64,000 nucleotides of DNA, taken from assembly GCA_964491925.1 (NCBI GenBank), contig CAZBGZ010000001.1, positions 701 to 64,700 of the forward strand, in the 5' to 3' direction. This stretch comes from an uncultured Candidatus Saccharibacteria bacterium. GTDB taxonomy: Bacteria > Patescibacteriota > Saccharimonadia > Saccharimonadales > JAGQNJ01. Shown here one piece after another: positions 23,963 to 32,494 of this stretch. The notes beneath the pieces are model-generated. The model made no database searches. It saw only the letters and a program-made list of their open reading frames with translations, and was not told the DNA's origin. Numbering within the stretch: position 1 is the stretch's first letter; each line of letters starts with the position of its first letter. The translations under genes and the position numbers were made by a program.

Positions 23963-24502
23963 CTAGGTTATTAGGCGTTCTAAGACATCACCAAGACCAT
24001 ACGCCAAACCGGCTGCTAGTGCACCGAGAATGACAGTCTCTATTATCGCCCTACTAACCTTGGTATGTGCCACCTTACTCTTTAGCAGACCAATCAAGAC
24101 AAAGGCCAATCCTGTTAGTGCGACCGAGACTCTGAACAAGTTTTCCGAATCCAAACCAAAGATTATGTCAAAAGTATAAGATAGTAGCGGGACCAAACCC
24201 ACTAGGATAAATGCGGTGTAAGTCATCAGGCCGTTGATAATCGGTGAAGCTTCGCCCGAAGTATCTTTTCCCTTTTTTTCCATCAGTTCTATAGATGATT
24301 TTGATGATAGATATGCGCCTACGCTCATAGAAAACCCGTCAGCAATCAGATTAGAAAACCCTAGCACCATCAAGACTTTTGTATTAAAACCTGCGCCTGT
24401 GGCCCCGGCAACCACTGCAAATGTAGTGACTGCCCCATCAATACCGCCATAAACGAACTCACTCAAATAATCTTCAAAGTGTTGTTTTATTTTGTCTCTC
24501 AT
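23963..24502 (-). CDS. VIT1/CCC1-family iron/manganese transporter-like protein
   Basis: VYGGIDGAVTTFAVVAGATGAG followed by multiple TM helices. Confidence 0.65.
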   Translation of the reverse strand: MRDKIKQHFEDYLSEFVYGGIDGAVTTFAVVAGATGAGFNTKVLMVLGFSNLIADGFSMSVGAYLSSKSSIELMEKKGKDTSGEASPIINGLMTYTAFILVGLVPLLSYTFDIIFGLDSENLFRVSVALTGLAFVLIGLLKSKVAHTKVSRAIIETVILGALAAGLAYGLGDVLERLIT

Positions 24503-24545
24503 TATTTATTAACTATACCTGCATTTGTTCGATATAGTAATATTT

Positions 24546-25205
24546 TTATCCTAAAAACTGCAGAGAGTTTAGCATCAATGCTAGAGTAACTGGCACAATA
24601 ATGTTATCTGTACCACGAACCGCGACACTCTCTAGTGTGGTAGCCAATAGCGGAATCATCCACAAGGCACTAATACCTAGCTGCGCGAAACCGGCTGGAG
24701 TGACATAGACCAGCCAAATAGTTATTAGCAGTGATATTGCAAAAAAAGCAGCATTTCCAGCGAGCGTTTTTTTGTAACCCAGAATTTTATAAGAGTTTTT
24801 CTTGCCGAACTTTTCACCAACTAGTGCCGCAAACCCATCGGCTAGACTAAGGTGCAGTATGCAGGCAGCAAAAATCCAAGCATCCCGTGCTATTAACAAT
24901 GTAAGGGCAATACCTACGGGAAATAAAATATCGCCCCATGTTTTGCGCGGGACCTTATGAACGGACGGCAAAAAACCGCCAATCCTAGTAATTAGAATAA
25001 CTATGATAAAAGCGACACATATCGAATAAATTACCCAGTGTGGAATAAAAAATGGCCATATAGCAACAAAACTACCAACGGTAATATGAATAAATTTGCG
25101 CGTAACCTCTGCGTTAAGTCTTTCTATTTTTTGAATTCGCTCAGAAATAACCAGTAATAGAAAAACTATAAGTACAGCAAAAAAGCCAGCAATCATAAGC
25201 ACCAT
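24546..25205 (-). CDS. polyprenol (dolichol/phytol) kinase / CTP-transferase-1 family membrane protein
   Basis: 219 aa, polytopic, with an RKFIHITVGSF motif. Confidence 0.45.
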   Translation of the reverse strand: MVLMIAGFFAVLIVFLLLVISERIQKIERLNAEVTRKFIHITVGSFVAIWPFFIPHWVIYSICVAFIIVILITRIGGFLPSVHKVPRKTWGDILFPVGIALTLLIARDAWIFAACILHLSLADGFAALVGEKFGKKNSYKILGYKKTLAGNAAFFAISLLITIWLVYVTPAGFAQLGISALWMIPLLATTLESVAVRGTDNIIVPVTLALMLNSLQFLG

Positions 25206-25237
25206 TGTACCACCAGAAAAATATAAATTTTTATTGA

Positions 25238-25486
25238 CTATTTGTAGCGGTGCTTCATTGAGACTATAGATATTGCCAACATAACAGCAACTGCGTTAGT
25301 CAAAACCAGCACCATATCGCCTCGAATTAGGCCGTGAACTAGCCAAAAACTATTGCATATCGCAATAAAAATAAAAGTATGTTTAGACAAATCCCTAGTC
25401 TTTTTTGTTTTATAACTTTTCATGGCCTGTGGTATCAGGCTAGAAATACCGAATATTCCACCGATTATTCCAAAAATATTTTCCAT
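25238..25486 (-). CDS. SemiSWEET / PQ-loop family transporter
   Basis: 82 aa, three TM helices, SSLIPQAMKSYKTKKT PQ motif. Confidence 0.6.
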   Translation of the reverse strand: MENIFGIIGGIFGISSLIPQAMKSYKTKKTRDLSKHTFIFIAICNSFWLVHGLIRGDMVLVLTNAVAVMLAISIVSMKHRYK

Positions 25487-25525
25487 AATCTCAAATCGCC
25501 ACTAGGTTTACCTACCCTAGCCAAC

Positions 25526-26038
25526 TCATCTATTTCCACAAGTTATAGAGTCTATTTTCAATCCGTTATCGTCAATAACTTTTACTGTCATGGTTGGAGA
25601 TTTTTCATTCCCAAACATCATATTTACAGATAGAACGACAGTCTCACCTTCAGGCTCCAGAGAACCAACGCTAAAGTGACTAGGAACCATTTGTGCGCAA
25701 ATTATAGGGCTATAGCCAGAGTATATTTTTGATTCATAGTAAGCCAATAGATTTTTTGTACCGTATTCTTTTACTAGTTCGGTTTCTGATTTCGCGGAGT
25801 GGGTCGGTTCATTAATGTATTTTTTATAAAACTTTTCAACAAAAGCAATCTGTTTACCGTTCTCTTTATTCTCATTACTGAGATCAGGAATCTGTACGCT
25901 ACCTTGCACTGCAGAAGTATCGTCATTTTTCCGAGATTGTTTATACACGTAAAAGCCAGTTGCCGATACTAATACTACAAGAACTGCAATGAGCGTTATT
26001 TCTAAGGCTGCGATTCCTTTTTGATCAAGTTTTTTCAT
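25526..26038 (-). CDS. hypothetical secreted protein with a prepilin-type (class III) signal
   Basis: N-terminal KKLDQKG|IAALEITLIAVLVVLV, with G at -1, E at +5 and a hydrophobic helix. Confidence 0.5.
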   Translation of the reverse strand: MKKLDQKGIAALEITLIAVLVVLVSATGFYVYKQSRKNDDTSAVQGSVQIPDLSNENKENGKQIAFVEKFYKKYINEPTHSAKSETELVKEYGTKNLLAYYESKIYSGYSPIICAQMVPSHFSVGSLEPEGETVVLSVNMMFGNEKSPTMTVKVIDDNGLKIDSITCGNR

Positions 26039-26168
26039 TGATTACCTTTTTTATCTAGTTAAATAGTATGCTAATGCTTATCAAATAACAACATACCGTC
26101 TAACGCCTATCCACCGCGAGGTCACTTGACCGGTTAGTGTGAAAGTGAGACGATTATGTTGATAATTA

Positions 26169-26432
26169 ATGTTATTTGAAAGAGGTTTTGATATGTTTGC
26201 TACTACACTACTAGGTTATACTTTTAGCGTTATTTGGGCTGTGATAGTTCTGGTGTTTTGGATCGCGATTGCTTTTTGGCCAGCACGCGTAGCTGGGCGT
26301 AAAGGCCACAGCTTTCTAGGCTATTTTATCTTTAGCCTTTTCTTTTTTCCACTAGCACTCCTTGTTGCTTACCTATCCAAAGACAGGACAAAGCAAGCAA
26401 CAGCCACCCCTTCTGAACCATCAGAAGAGTAA
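26169..26432 (+). CDS. small membrane protein (87 aa)
   Basis: Two TM helices. No family recognised. Confidence 0.4.
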   Translation: MLFERGFDMFATTLLGYTFSVIWAVIVLVFWIAIAFWPARVAGRKGHSFLGYFIFSLFFFPLALLVAYLSKDRTKQATATPSEPSEE

Positions 26433-26437
26433 AAATA

Positions 26438-26668
26438 TCAATTAGGTCTTTTTTGAACTGCTAGAATTACCCAGACTAAGACTATTACTGAGCTAGTGAT
26501 AACAGAAAACCACAAGTGAAGTGTAGCCATTGTCGTGGCTATAATGGCCACAATAACAGCATTCATTACACTGGTGGAAAAAGCTGGTTTATCCTTGCCA
26601 AAAACTGTTGGAAGCATTGATGGTAAAAAAGCAAGTTGGCACAAAGCGATTATTGTATCTTGCCACAT
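26438..26668 (-). CDS. small membrane protein (76 aa)
   Basis: Three hydrophobic segments. No family recognised. Confidence 0.4.
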   Translation of the reverse strand: MWQDTIIALCQLAFLPSMLPTVFGKDKPAFSTSVMNAVIVAIIATTMATLHLWFSVITSSVIVLVWVILAVQKRPN

Positions 26669-26695
26669 AGTTCAACTATACCAAAACCCCCGCAA

Positions 26696-27586
26696 CTACG
26701 TGTGGTGACGTATGTACTTACCCAAATGCTCGATAGATTTTTTGGCTTCTGGGATATAGCGAGCATAAAGATGATGAACATGCCATAAACCTTCTGTTTC
26801 ATAGAACTCGACATCCACCCCTACCTTTTTTGCTTTTTCAACTACACGCGCAGAATCGTCATACATAATCTCGTCTTTGTCTGCTTCTATCAGTAGTGGC
26901 GGAAACCCTTCAAAAGAACCATGTAGCGGCGAAGCTATCGGATGGTCTCTGGGCGTCTGTGCAAAGTAAGCATCAATGAAGTAACTGATAGATGCTTTCT
27001 TTATAAAGATGTCTCTAGTTCTATTTCTTTCAATGCTTGCACTCTTTAGTGTGGCGTCAGTAGCCGGAGACAATACTACACCGCAGGCTGGGTATGGCAA
27101 TTTTTCTTCTCTAATTTGGTGGAGCAGCGACAGCACCAATGCACCGCCCGCTGAATCTCCCGCAATGGCAATGTCTTTAGATTTGAATGTTCTCAGCAAC
27201 CATTTATAGGCCGCTACGGCTTCATGAAGTGCCTTGGGATATGGATTCTCAGGAGCCAAACTGTAATCCAGCGACAAGACTTTAGCCCCCGACTTTTCGC
27301 CTAACCTGGATATATAATCTCTGTAAAATTTGGGATAGAAAACAAACCCACCTCCATGTATGTACAAAATAACTTTATCGGCTCTTGAACTAGGGACTGT
27401 GATCCATTCAGCTCTAAAACCTTCTTCTTTAACTGCCCGGATTTTAACTTTTTTTCTGACAGGAAAATATCTCTCTAGTCTATCGAGCGATTTTCTTGTC
27501 TGGACTAGATTTGAGTCATTAATTGGTCCACGCTTTGAACGAACGATCAGCGCAGTCCTAAAAATCTTTGCGCGTACGGTTTGCAT
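26696..27586 (-). CDS. alpha/beta hydrolase (esterase/lipase, hormone-sensitive-lipase-like fold-3)
   Basis: LYIHGGGFVF oxyanion motif and IAGDSAGG nucleophile elbow. Confidence 0.8.
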   Translation of the reverse strand: MQTVRAKIFRTALIVRSKRGPINDSNLVQTRKSLDRLERYFPVRKKVKIRAVKEEGFRAEWITVPSSRADKVILYIHGGGFVFYPKFYRDYISRLGEKSGAKVLSLDYSLAPENPYPKALHEAVAAYKWLLRTFKSKDIAIAGDSAGGALVLSLLHQIREEKLPYPACGVVLSPATDATLKSASIERNRTRDIFIKKASISYFIDAYFAQTPRDHPIASPLHGSFEGFPPLLIEADKDEIMYDDSARVVEKAKKVGVDVEFYETEGLWHVHHLYARYIPEAKKSIEHLGKYIRHHT

Positions 27587-27717
27587 TAATGTATCATAGC
27601 AAAAAAATTCCTAAGCACGATTTTGGTTATGGTCAATTCGCATTAATAATGCACTCACTATTTGAATGTGCCCTTGACAGCCTTGGAGGGTATACATAAT
27701 TCAGATAAAGTAAAGCT

Positions 27718-28227
27718 ATGTCAGTATTTCACAATCGAAGAAGAGGATATTTTTTTGGATACGGTGCCGATCAGGAAGAGGATATGATCTTTGCGATATC
27801 TGGCGAACGACCCAAAATTATCGGCAGGGCCATTTTACCAGGCTATGAACTGCGGATTCAAAATCTTAATGAAATAACAACAACACATGGTAATCCGCAA
27901 GAATTACTTCGAGGAGTTTGGGGTGATGATTTTAAAAGTTACGTAATTATTCCAAAACACGGTGCACAGGTTGAAGGTATGCTATTTCAGATTAATTTGC
28001 GTTCCAGGAATCAGATTGATTCGTGGGAGCTTACTAAAATGGGATGGTACAAACGTATACTTGTAAAAGTACGACTGCCCGGTAGTAACAGACTAATCAA
28101 GGCCGAGACGCAGGTTTTGGCTTCCGGGCAATCAGCGGTAACTAAAGTAAATACAGAGTACAAGTCATGGCTAATGCCCAAAAAGATGTTTTTAAAATTT
28201 GCTCGTAGGGGTAGGGAAGAAGAATAG
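27718..28227 (+). CDS. gamma-glutamylcyclotransferase / AIG2-like protein
   Basis: YFFGYGADQ...RAILPGYELRI resembles the GGCT N-terminal YGS..L / GY.L pattern. Confidence 0.5.
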   Translation: MSVFHNRRRGYFFGYGADQEEDMIFAISGERPKIIGRAILPGYELRIQNLNEITTTHGNPQELLRGVWGDDFKSYVIIPKHGAQVEGMLFQINLRSRNQIDSWELTKMGWYKRILVKVRLPGSNRLIKAETQVLASGQSAVTKVNTEYKSWLMPKKMFLKFARRGREEE

Positions 28228-28346
28228 CTTTAAACACTATGCTAATGTTGCCTGTTGCTGGGCTCGGTTCAAGTTGATGGAATAAACAATCAAAACTGAT
28301 TATGTAACTAGACATGGTTACAGGTATATGTTAAAATTGTATTATT

Positions 28347-28958
28347 ATGACAGGTTCAGGGCAAAATTTAACCACCGCAAGGCATCTTGAAGCTCCCGTT
28401 TTTCAACAACCCAAACCGGGCGAATTTCGCTATACCAGACGTGTTGCTTCACAGGCTCGGTCTTCTCTTGGGTTTACTGCCTTCATGCCAGTACTCGCTG
28501 AGAGCAAAGGCGGATCACTTGGTAGTAATGCTCATCGGACCGGCGTAGACATTGTTGCGTTTACTGAAGGTGGTGCTATACAAGCCCAATATCCCGATTT
28601 GTCGTTTGGCAAACATCTAGATCGCTTCAAAGCTTTTCGAAACAGACACTCATCATTAGGTGACTTTATAAGCCTAGACCTTGGCAAAATAGTGGCACGT
28701 GAAGTAAGTGACGAACTTGGGATAATTGGTGCTGTCGTTAAAGACCCTTCTCACTTAGTTAAGGATCGCGAGCTTATCTTTCGAGGCATGCAAACAGAAC
28801 TAGGGATACGACCACAAGTTGATCAACCTGAGGGTTACTACGTTGACCTTGCATCCTTTCATCCTGACAATACACATGGTGTTTCGGAAGCAGTACAATT
28901 TGCTCAAAGAAGCATGCCTACGAAACTGGATGTATTCGATGTCCAGCTTTATAACTAA
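28347..28958 (+). CDS. hypothetical protein (203 aa)
   Basis: Track ORF with no motif recognised. Confidence 0.4.
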   Translation: MTGSGQNLTTARHLEAPVFQQPKPGEFRYTRRVASQARSSLGFTAFMPVLAESKGGSLGSNAHRTGVDIVAFTEGGAIQAQYPDLSFGKHLDRFKAFRNRHSSLGDFISLDLGKIVAREVSDELGIIGAVVKDPSHLVKDRELIFRGMQTELGIRPQVDQPEGYYVDLASFHPDNTHGVSEAVQFAQRSMPTKLDVFDVQLYN

Positions 28959-29048
28959 AAACAGAGTCAGATTGGGTTGATGGGGTAATGTACGACTGTT
29001 TACGGGGTCGCGCTGAACGTACGAATTTCGAACTAATTAGTTGGGTTC

Positions 29049-29390
29049 TTATTCTCGGATAATCTCTGATTTAAACCACTTTTCTTGGAAGTGCGTCGCA
29101 TTTCGTATCTCTTCATTGCTAAATTGTTTACCATCTTCGCAGACAATCAGTTTGTCGTCGTCATCATCGGTTCTGTGCAGGATAGCAATACAGCGACCAG
29201 AAAAGATTTCAAGTGCAGTTTCTTCACCAAGTACATATACATCTATTTCTGCACCGTCGGGAGCTTTAGTATTAGGAACAAAACCGTAGTTAATAGGATA
29301 CTCATTATCGAACTTTGGGTGGTTACAGCCAAGTGGCCTGTCAACTGTAACTTGAACTATCTTACCAAGGAAGGGTTTTGAATAATCCAT
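29049..29390 (-). CDS. short inorganic-pyrophosphatase-like protein (113 aa)
   Basis: YPINYGFVPNTKAPDGAEIDVYVLGE matches the family I PPase core (NYGFIP.T...DGDP.DVLV), but the protein is about two-thirds of the usual length. Confidence 0.55.
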   Translation of the reverse strand: MDYSKPFLGKIVQVTVDRPLGCNHPKFDNEYPINYGFVPNTKAPDGAEIDVYVLGEETALEIFSGRCIAILHRTDDDDDKLIVCEDGKQFSNEEIRNATHFQEKWFKSEIIRE

Positions 29391-29442
29391 GGCTTTATAT
29401 TAACAAAAGACCGCCTTTCAGTTGTCTTTCATGTTTCGATTG

Positions 29443-29458
29443 TGGTTGGGGTGATAGG
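29443..29458 (-). repeat. displaced tRNA-Pro 3'-end fragment (att-like repeat marking the far edge of the island)
   Basis: TGGTTGGGGTGATAGG matches 40292-40307 (TGGTCGGGGTGATAGG) at 15 of 16 positions. It is followed on the minus strand by an AAGAC/GTCTT + T-run terminator at about 29405-29430. Confidence 0.7.
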
Positions 29459-29585
29459 GCAATGCACATCTGCGTCCATGCTCGAAGCAAGCTTCTGCGA
29501 GTGGTCTGGATGACCGCACCGACGACCTTCAATCTTTTTTGCAAACAAAAAATATTGGGTCGTAGAACCCGGTGCAATGACTCCA
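29459..29585. repeat. conserved non-coding element, copy C3
   Basis: Homologous to C2 (see 19349..19475). Hairpin GAAG-CAAG-CTTC at 29484-29495. Internal stems GCACCG/CGGTGC and ACGACC/GGTCGT flank a TTTTTTG-CAAA-CAAAAAA hairpin. Confidence 0.6.
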
Positions 29586-29592
29586 AAGAATT

Positions 29593-29622
29593 AAAAAAGA
29601 CTACCTGATGGTAGTCATTTTT
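29593..29622. terminator. bidirectional Rho-independent terminator
   Basis: AAAAAA-GACTACC-TGAT-GGTAGTC-ATTTTT. Confidence 0.6.
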
Positions 29623-29767
29623 AATTGGTCGGGAGTAGCAGATTTTACTCAAACCTTAAATATGATAATCCGCCAACGCCATAACCTCAGTATTATGGTA
29701 GAACGTCTGTCTGCTGTTAGCAAATATGACGACAAGAAATTATCGCTAGTCAGTCTATAATGTTAGT

Positions 29768-29974
29768 ATGGGTAACCTGTACGAATATACTGAGACAATG
29801 AAGTACGTCAGAGATATGGTTTTTCTGGAAGTTTTAGATGATACTGAGAAATCAAAGACCTGGGTTAAGGGACTAGACAAGTTCCCAAAAAATAAAAGTT
29901 TCATAGACGATAAGGCGTGGGGCGATTTTGGCGACGATAAGCCCTTGCTAAAGAAGAAAAGTACGAAGAAATAA
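29768..29974 (+). CDS. hypothetical protein (68 aa)
   Basis: Track ORF with a Lys-rich C-terminus. Confidence 0.35.
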   Translation: MGNLYEYTETMKYVRDMVFLEVLDDTEKSKTWVKGLDKFPKNKSFIDDKAWGDFGDDKPLLKKKSTKK

Positions 29975-30093
29975 CATAGCGTGTGTTAGCTCAAACCTGG
30001 TACTTGTAATAATACTTATGGTTAGTGCTTATGTTTGGTGCTAATATGTAGTGTGTGTTGGTAATTCAAGCTCCGCTTTGAATTACGCTATTT

Positions 30094-30131
30094 GCCCGTT
30101 ACTGACTTGCGTCAGTGCGGGCTATTTCTTT
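30094..30131 (+). terminator. hairpin terminator (GCCCG-ACTGAC / GTCAGT-CGGGC) followed by a T-rich tract
   Basis: Seen at 30094-30122, followed by TATTTCTTTG. Preceded by a second 9-bp hairpin at 30061-30086. Confidence 0.5.
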
Positions 30132-30361
30132 GTACGGTTGTAAGGCGACTGGTTGGTCGGCTTCAGGCTGATACCTAGCTCAGATGCTTTACTTTGCACA
30201 GCACCAGGTGAACGACCCAGCTTTAAGCCAGCGACACGTGTTGGCGTATTGCCTCGTGCCAGTTGGCGAAGTTGAGCTTCTTGCCCTGAAGTCCAGGCTT
30301 TGCCAGAATTGGCTGGTTTTCCCATTGGAACTCCGTAACTTGAGCCTCTGTATGTCGGCAC
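30122..30361 (-). CDS. hypothetical small protein with a possible Myb/SANT-like HTH (79 aa)
   Basis: WTSGQEAQLRQLARGNTPTRVAGLKLGRSPGAVQSKASELGISL. Confidence 0.35.
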   Translation of the reverse strand: MPTYRGSSYGVPMGKPANSGKAWTSGQEAQLRQLARGNTPTRVAGLKLGRSPGAVQSKASELGISLKPTNQSPYNRTKK

Positions 30362-30625
30362 GGTGGCTCATTGTTCCCACCACCTTCTTATGCGGAGCAA
30401 TAAAAAAGCAGCAGTACGTTTATCCCGTACCCTGCTCATTGGAAATTGTTGCTGTTCTAATGAAAAGGGTGCAGGCTAAGTGTCGCTTGTTTGCAATCCA
30501 CCCCCTTGCACCTCTGTTGTCTCTCTGAGACACCTCTATATTAGCACAAGCTCGTTATCTTATATGTAGTAGTTTTTACTCCGAATTGTACGCTAGATGT
30601 AGCGTTATGCTTATGCTTAACACCT

Positions 30626-31189
30626 TTAAGTGTAAAACTTGTTGTGAAAATCAAAAAACAGTGCAGCGATTAGCACTATGTAAGTGAAAAAACATAGGGC
30701 AATACAGGCAACTTGCACTTTTATTGCAGGTCGTGGGGGGTGTATGTCTAAATTGCTCTGTGCCACATCAATCTTCTTGATTAGCTCGTCCTCGGTTTTG
30801 TAATCTCTATTGTCTATGACTAATGTTACATCGTGATATGCATCAGCCCACTTTTTATATGAGCTTTCCATTTTAAAATAGTGAACAATCCCCGCAAAGA
30901 CAGCAATTACTTCAAGAATAAACGCAAAAAGGATAAGAAACTTTTGCCCCGAAGTAAGAGAATTAAGCAATCCTCCGCTACCAAGAGCGATAACATTCAC
31001 AGAAATTAGCACTGTAGTCAGGAGTATTAACTGACCAGAAAGTGAACGCTCTGTGGTGTTAGCTTCGCTAGCCGATTTGTCTCGTTGGATTTCAAACTTG
31101 TGTTTTTGTGCAGTGAGAAACTCTACAGTGGTTGGGTCGTTGAAATCGTATTTAACGGTGTTTTGGGTTTTTATTTTTTTAGCCGCCAT
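30626..31189 (-). CDS. hypothetical membrane protein (187 aa, ~3 TM)
   Basis: Soluble N-terminus, two central TM helices, and one C-terminal TM helix. No family recognised. Confidence 0.45.
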   Translation of the reverse strand: MAAKKIKTQNTVKYDFNDPTTVEFLTAQKHKFEIQRDKSASEANTTERSLSGQLILLTTVLISVNVIALGSGGLLNSLTSGQKFLILFAFILEVIAVFAGIVHYFKMESSYKKWADAYHDVTLVIDNRDYKTEDELIKKIDVAQSNLDIHPPRPAIKVQVACIALCFFTYIVLIAALFFDFHNKFYT

Positions 31190-31192
31190 AGT

Positions 31193-31399
31193 CTATTTGG
31201 TAGATTTTGGGGTAGATTTTGGAGGGTTTGAGGTTGGCTTGATACTGGAAACAGGGGGTTTGCCGTCAATACTAACTGGATAGCCTAAAGCTCTACCTTT
31301 AACTGGTCCACTTGTAGGCGGCTTTCGGTCTAGGCTCACAGGATAACCAGTGCCTTTTCTGATAGGCTGTGGTCTGTTGCTATTCGCACGCTCACTCAT
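31193..31399 (-). CDS. hypothetical Pro-rich protein with an internal repeat (68 aa)
   Basis: GYPVSLDRKPPTS and GYPVSIDGKPPVS are tandem-like repeats. There is a 3-nt gap to the downstream membrane protein gene. Confidence 0.35.
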   Translation of the reverse strand: MSERANSNRPQPIRKGTGYPVSLDRKPPTSGPVKGRALGYPVSIDGKPPVSSIKPTSNPPKSTPKSTK

Positions 31400-31419
31400 A
31401 TTATGATTTTATCACGAAA

Positions 31420-31611
31420 CTATAGGTCTTTTTTGTCTACGGCGTTCCCTGAGTTCCTTTTTTTGAACTCGCTTATAGCCATACCTGCCATAAAATCAAG
31501 GTCTGTGATAATTTTTATGACCTGTTCATCAGTGTACTTTTCAGCTTCCTTACCCATAAGCTTACGAGCCTCTTTGACGGATATAATCAGACCTTCGTCT
31601 TTATAAGTCAT
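31420..31611 (-). CDS. hypothetical protein (63 aa)
   Basis: Track ORF. First gene of the minus-strand cargo cassette. Confidence 0.35.
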   Translation of the reverse strand: MTYKDEGLIISVKEARKLMGKEAEKYTDEQVIKIITDLDFMAGMAISEFKKRNSGNAVDKKDL

Positions 31612-31669
31612 TTCTGTTCTCCTTCTCTTAATTGTTACACTATTATAGCTTTCTACCCCTGTTAATACG

Positions 31670-31678
31670 TGCTACAAT
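31670..31678 (+). promoter_or_regulatory. extended -10 promoter (TGcTACAAT)
   Basis: 31670-31678. The predicted start site falls at the foot of the 13-bp stem that begins at 31685. Confidence 0.45.
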
Positions 31679-31684
31679 ATAAGG

Positions 31685-31786
31685 GTCTAAACTCACATCA
31701 GAGAAACGCCTTTTCGGCGTAGTTGAACCATACAATGGGCAGCTACGTAAAAAAGCAATAGGTTCAACCCTGTTGTGAGTTTAGAC
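31685..31786 (+). promoter_or_regulatory. 102-nt structured leader / nested inverted-repeat element upstream of the glycine-zipper gene
   Basis: Perfect 13-bp stem GTCTAAACTCACA (31685-97) / TGTGAGTTTAGAC (31774-86). It encloses the hairpin ACGCC-TTTTC-GGCGT (31706-20) and the 8-bp stem GTTGAACC (31722-29) / GGTTCAAC (31761-68). Confidence 0.5.
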
Positions 31787-31842
31787 ACTAGCGTGGCTGT
31801 CCTTTTTATTTGGGAACGCCACAAATAAACAAGGAGGTTACT

Positions 31843-32247
31843 ATGCTAATTGGAGGTACGTTCTACGTTTTCTACAGTGGTGGACTAGATTTAATGCCAA
31901 GACCTGGCAAATACCAATTACGATTATCTAAAAGGCATATCAGTGTTGTACCTACATTCAGAGCACCTGATGCAAAGAAGTTTGAAATACCTGTGTCAAA
32001 TCTAAAAGGCGTTTCGCTTGATTATGAAATTACGGACAGACAATTATCTGCTGGAAAAGCTATTGTCGGTGGTGTTATCGCTGGTGGCGTTGGTGCAATA
32101 GCAGGTGCTTCTATGGGTGGCAAGAAAGCAACGCCATCTTTGGTTATTAGCTTTATTGACGAAACAGGTAGCGAAAAACTGTTGCCTTTGGAGGGAAATA
32201 AGTTAGATTCTGCTCATAATATGATGGTCAAGAAGTACGGGCTATAG
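31843..32247 (+). CDS. hypothetical protein with a PH/GRAM-like N-terminus and a glycine-zipper segment (134 aa)
   Basis: ATG at 31843 with AAGGAGG 5 nt upstream (the track starts at TTG 31810). Glycine-zipper segment: GKAIVGGVIAGGVGAIAGASMGG. Confidence 0.5.
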   Translation: MLIGGTFYVFYSGGLDLMPRPGKYQLRLSKRHISVVPTFRAPDAKKFEIPVSNLKGVSLDYEITDRQLSAGKAIVGGVIAGGVGAIAGASMGGKKATPSLVISFIDETGSEKLLPLEGNKLDSAHNMMVKKYGL

Positions 32248-32493
32248 TTCCTTCTGCTTCTTGTCTTTGTATATATCGTATATAAGATTAGCCAGTGCCT
32301 CGGCGTCCTCTTTCATAGCATCACGTCTTGCCAGTTCCTCTACTTGTTCCTTAGTTATCGGCTGATATACGGTTTTCATCTGCAACACCAGCATAGTGAG
32401 TTTGTGCCGAGCTGTCTGACTATCCAGCTCTTTGCCAAACTTTGACTTATAAAGTTTTTGGAAGTCTTTTACATCTTCGTCGGTAATGTCCAC
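32242..32493 (-). CDS. hypothetical helical protein (83 aa) immediately downstream of res
   Basis: Starts 1 nt after the res stop. No motif recognised. Confidence 0.4.
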   Translation of the reverse strand: MDITDEDVKDFQKLYKSKFGKELDSQTARHKLTMLVLQMKTVYQPITKEQVEELARRDAMKEDAEALANLIYDIYKDKKQKEL

Positions 32494-32494
32494 G

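Noticed and set aside
29626-29655. A possible second degenerate tRNA-Pro 3' half (TGGTCGGGAGTAGCAGATTTTACTCAAACC). This would redefine the island edge and make C3 a separate mini-insertion.
   Set aside because: Only the terminal 8-mer and ACTC.AACC match. The middle is about 25% identical and needs an indel, and an 8-mer match is expected by chance in 64 kb. I keep it as a weak possibility only.
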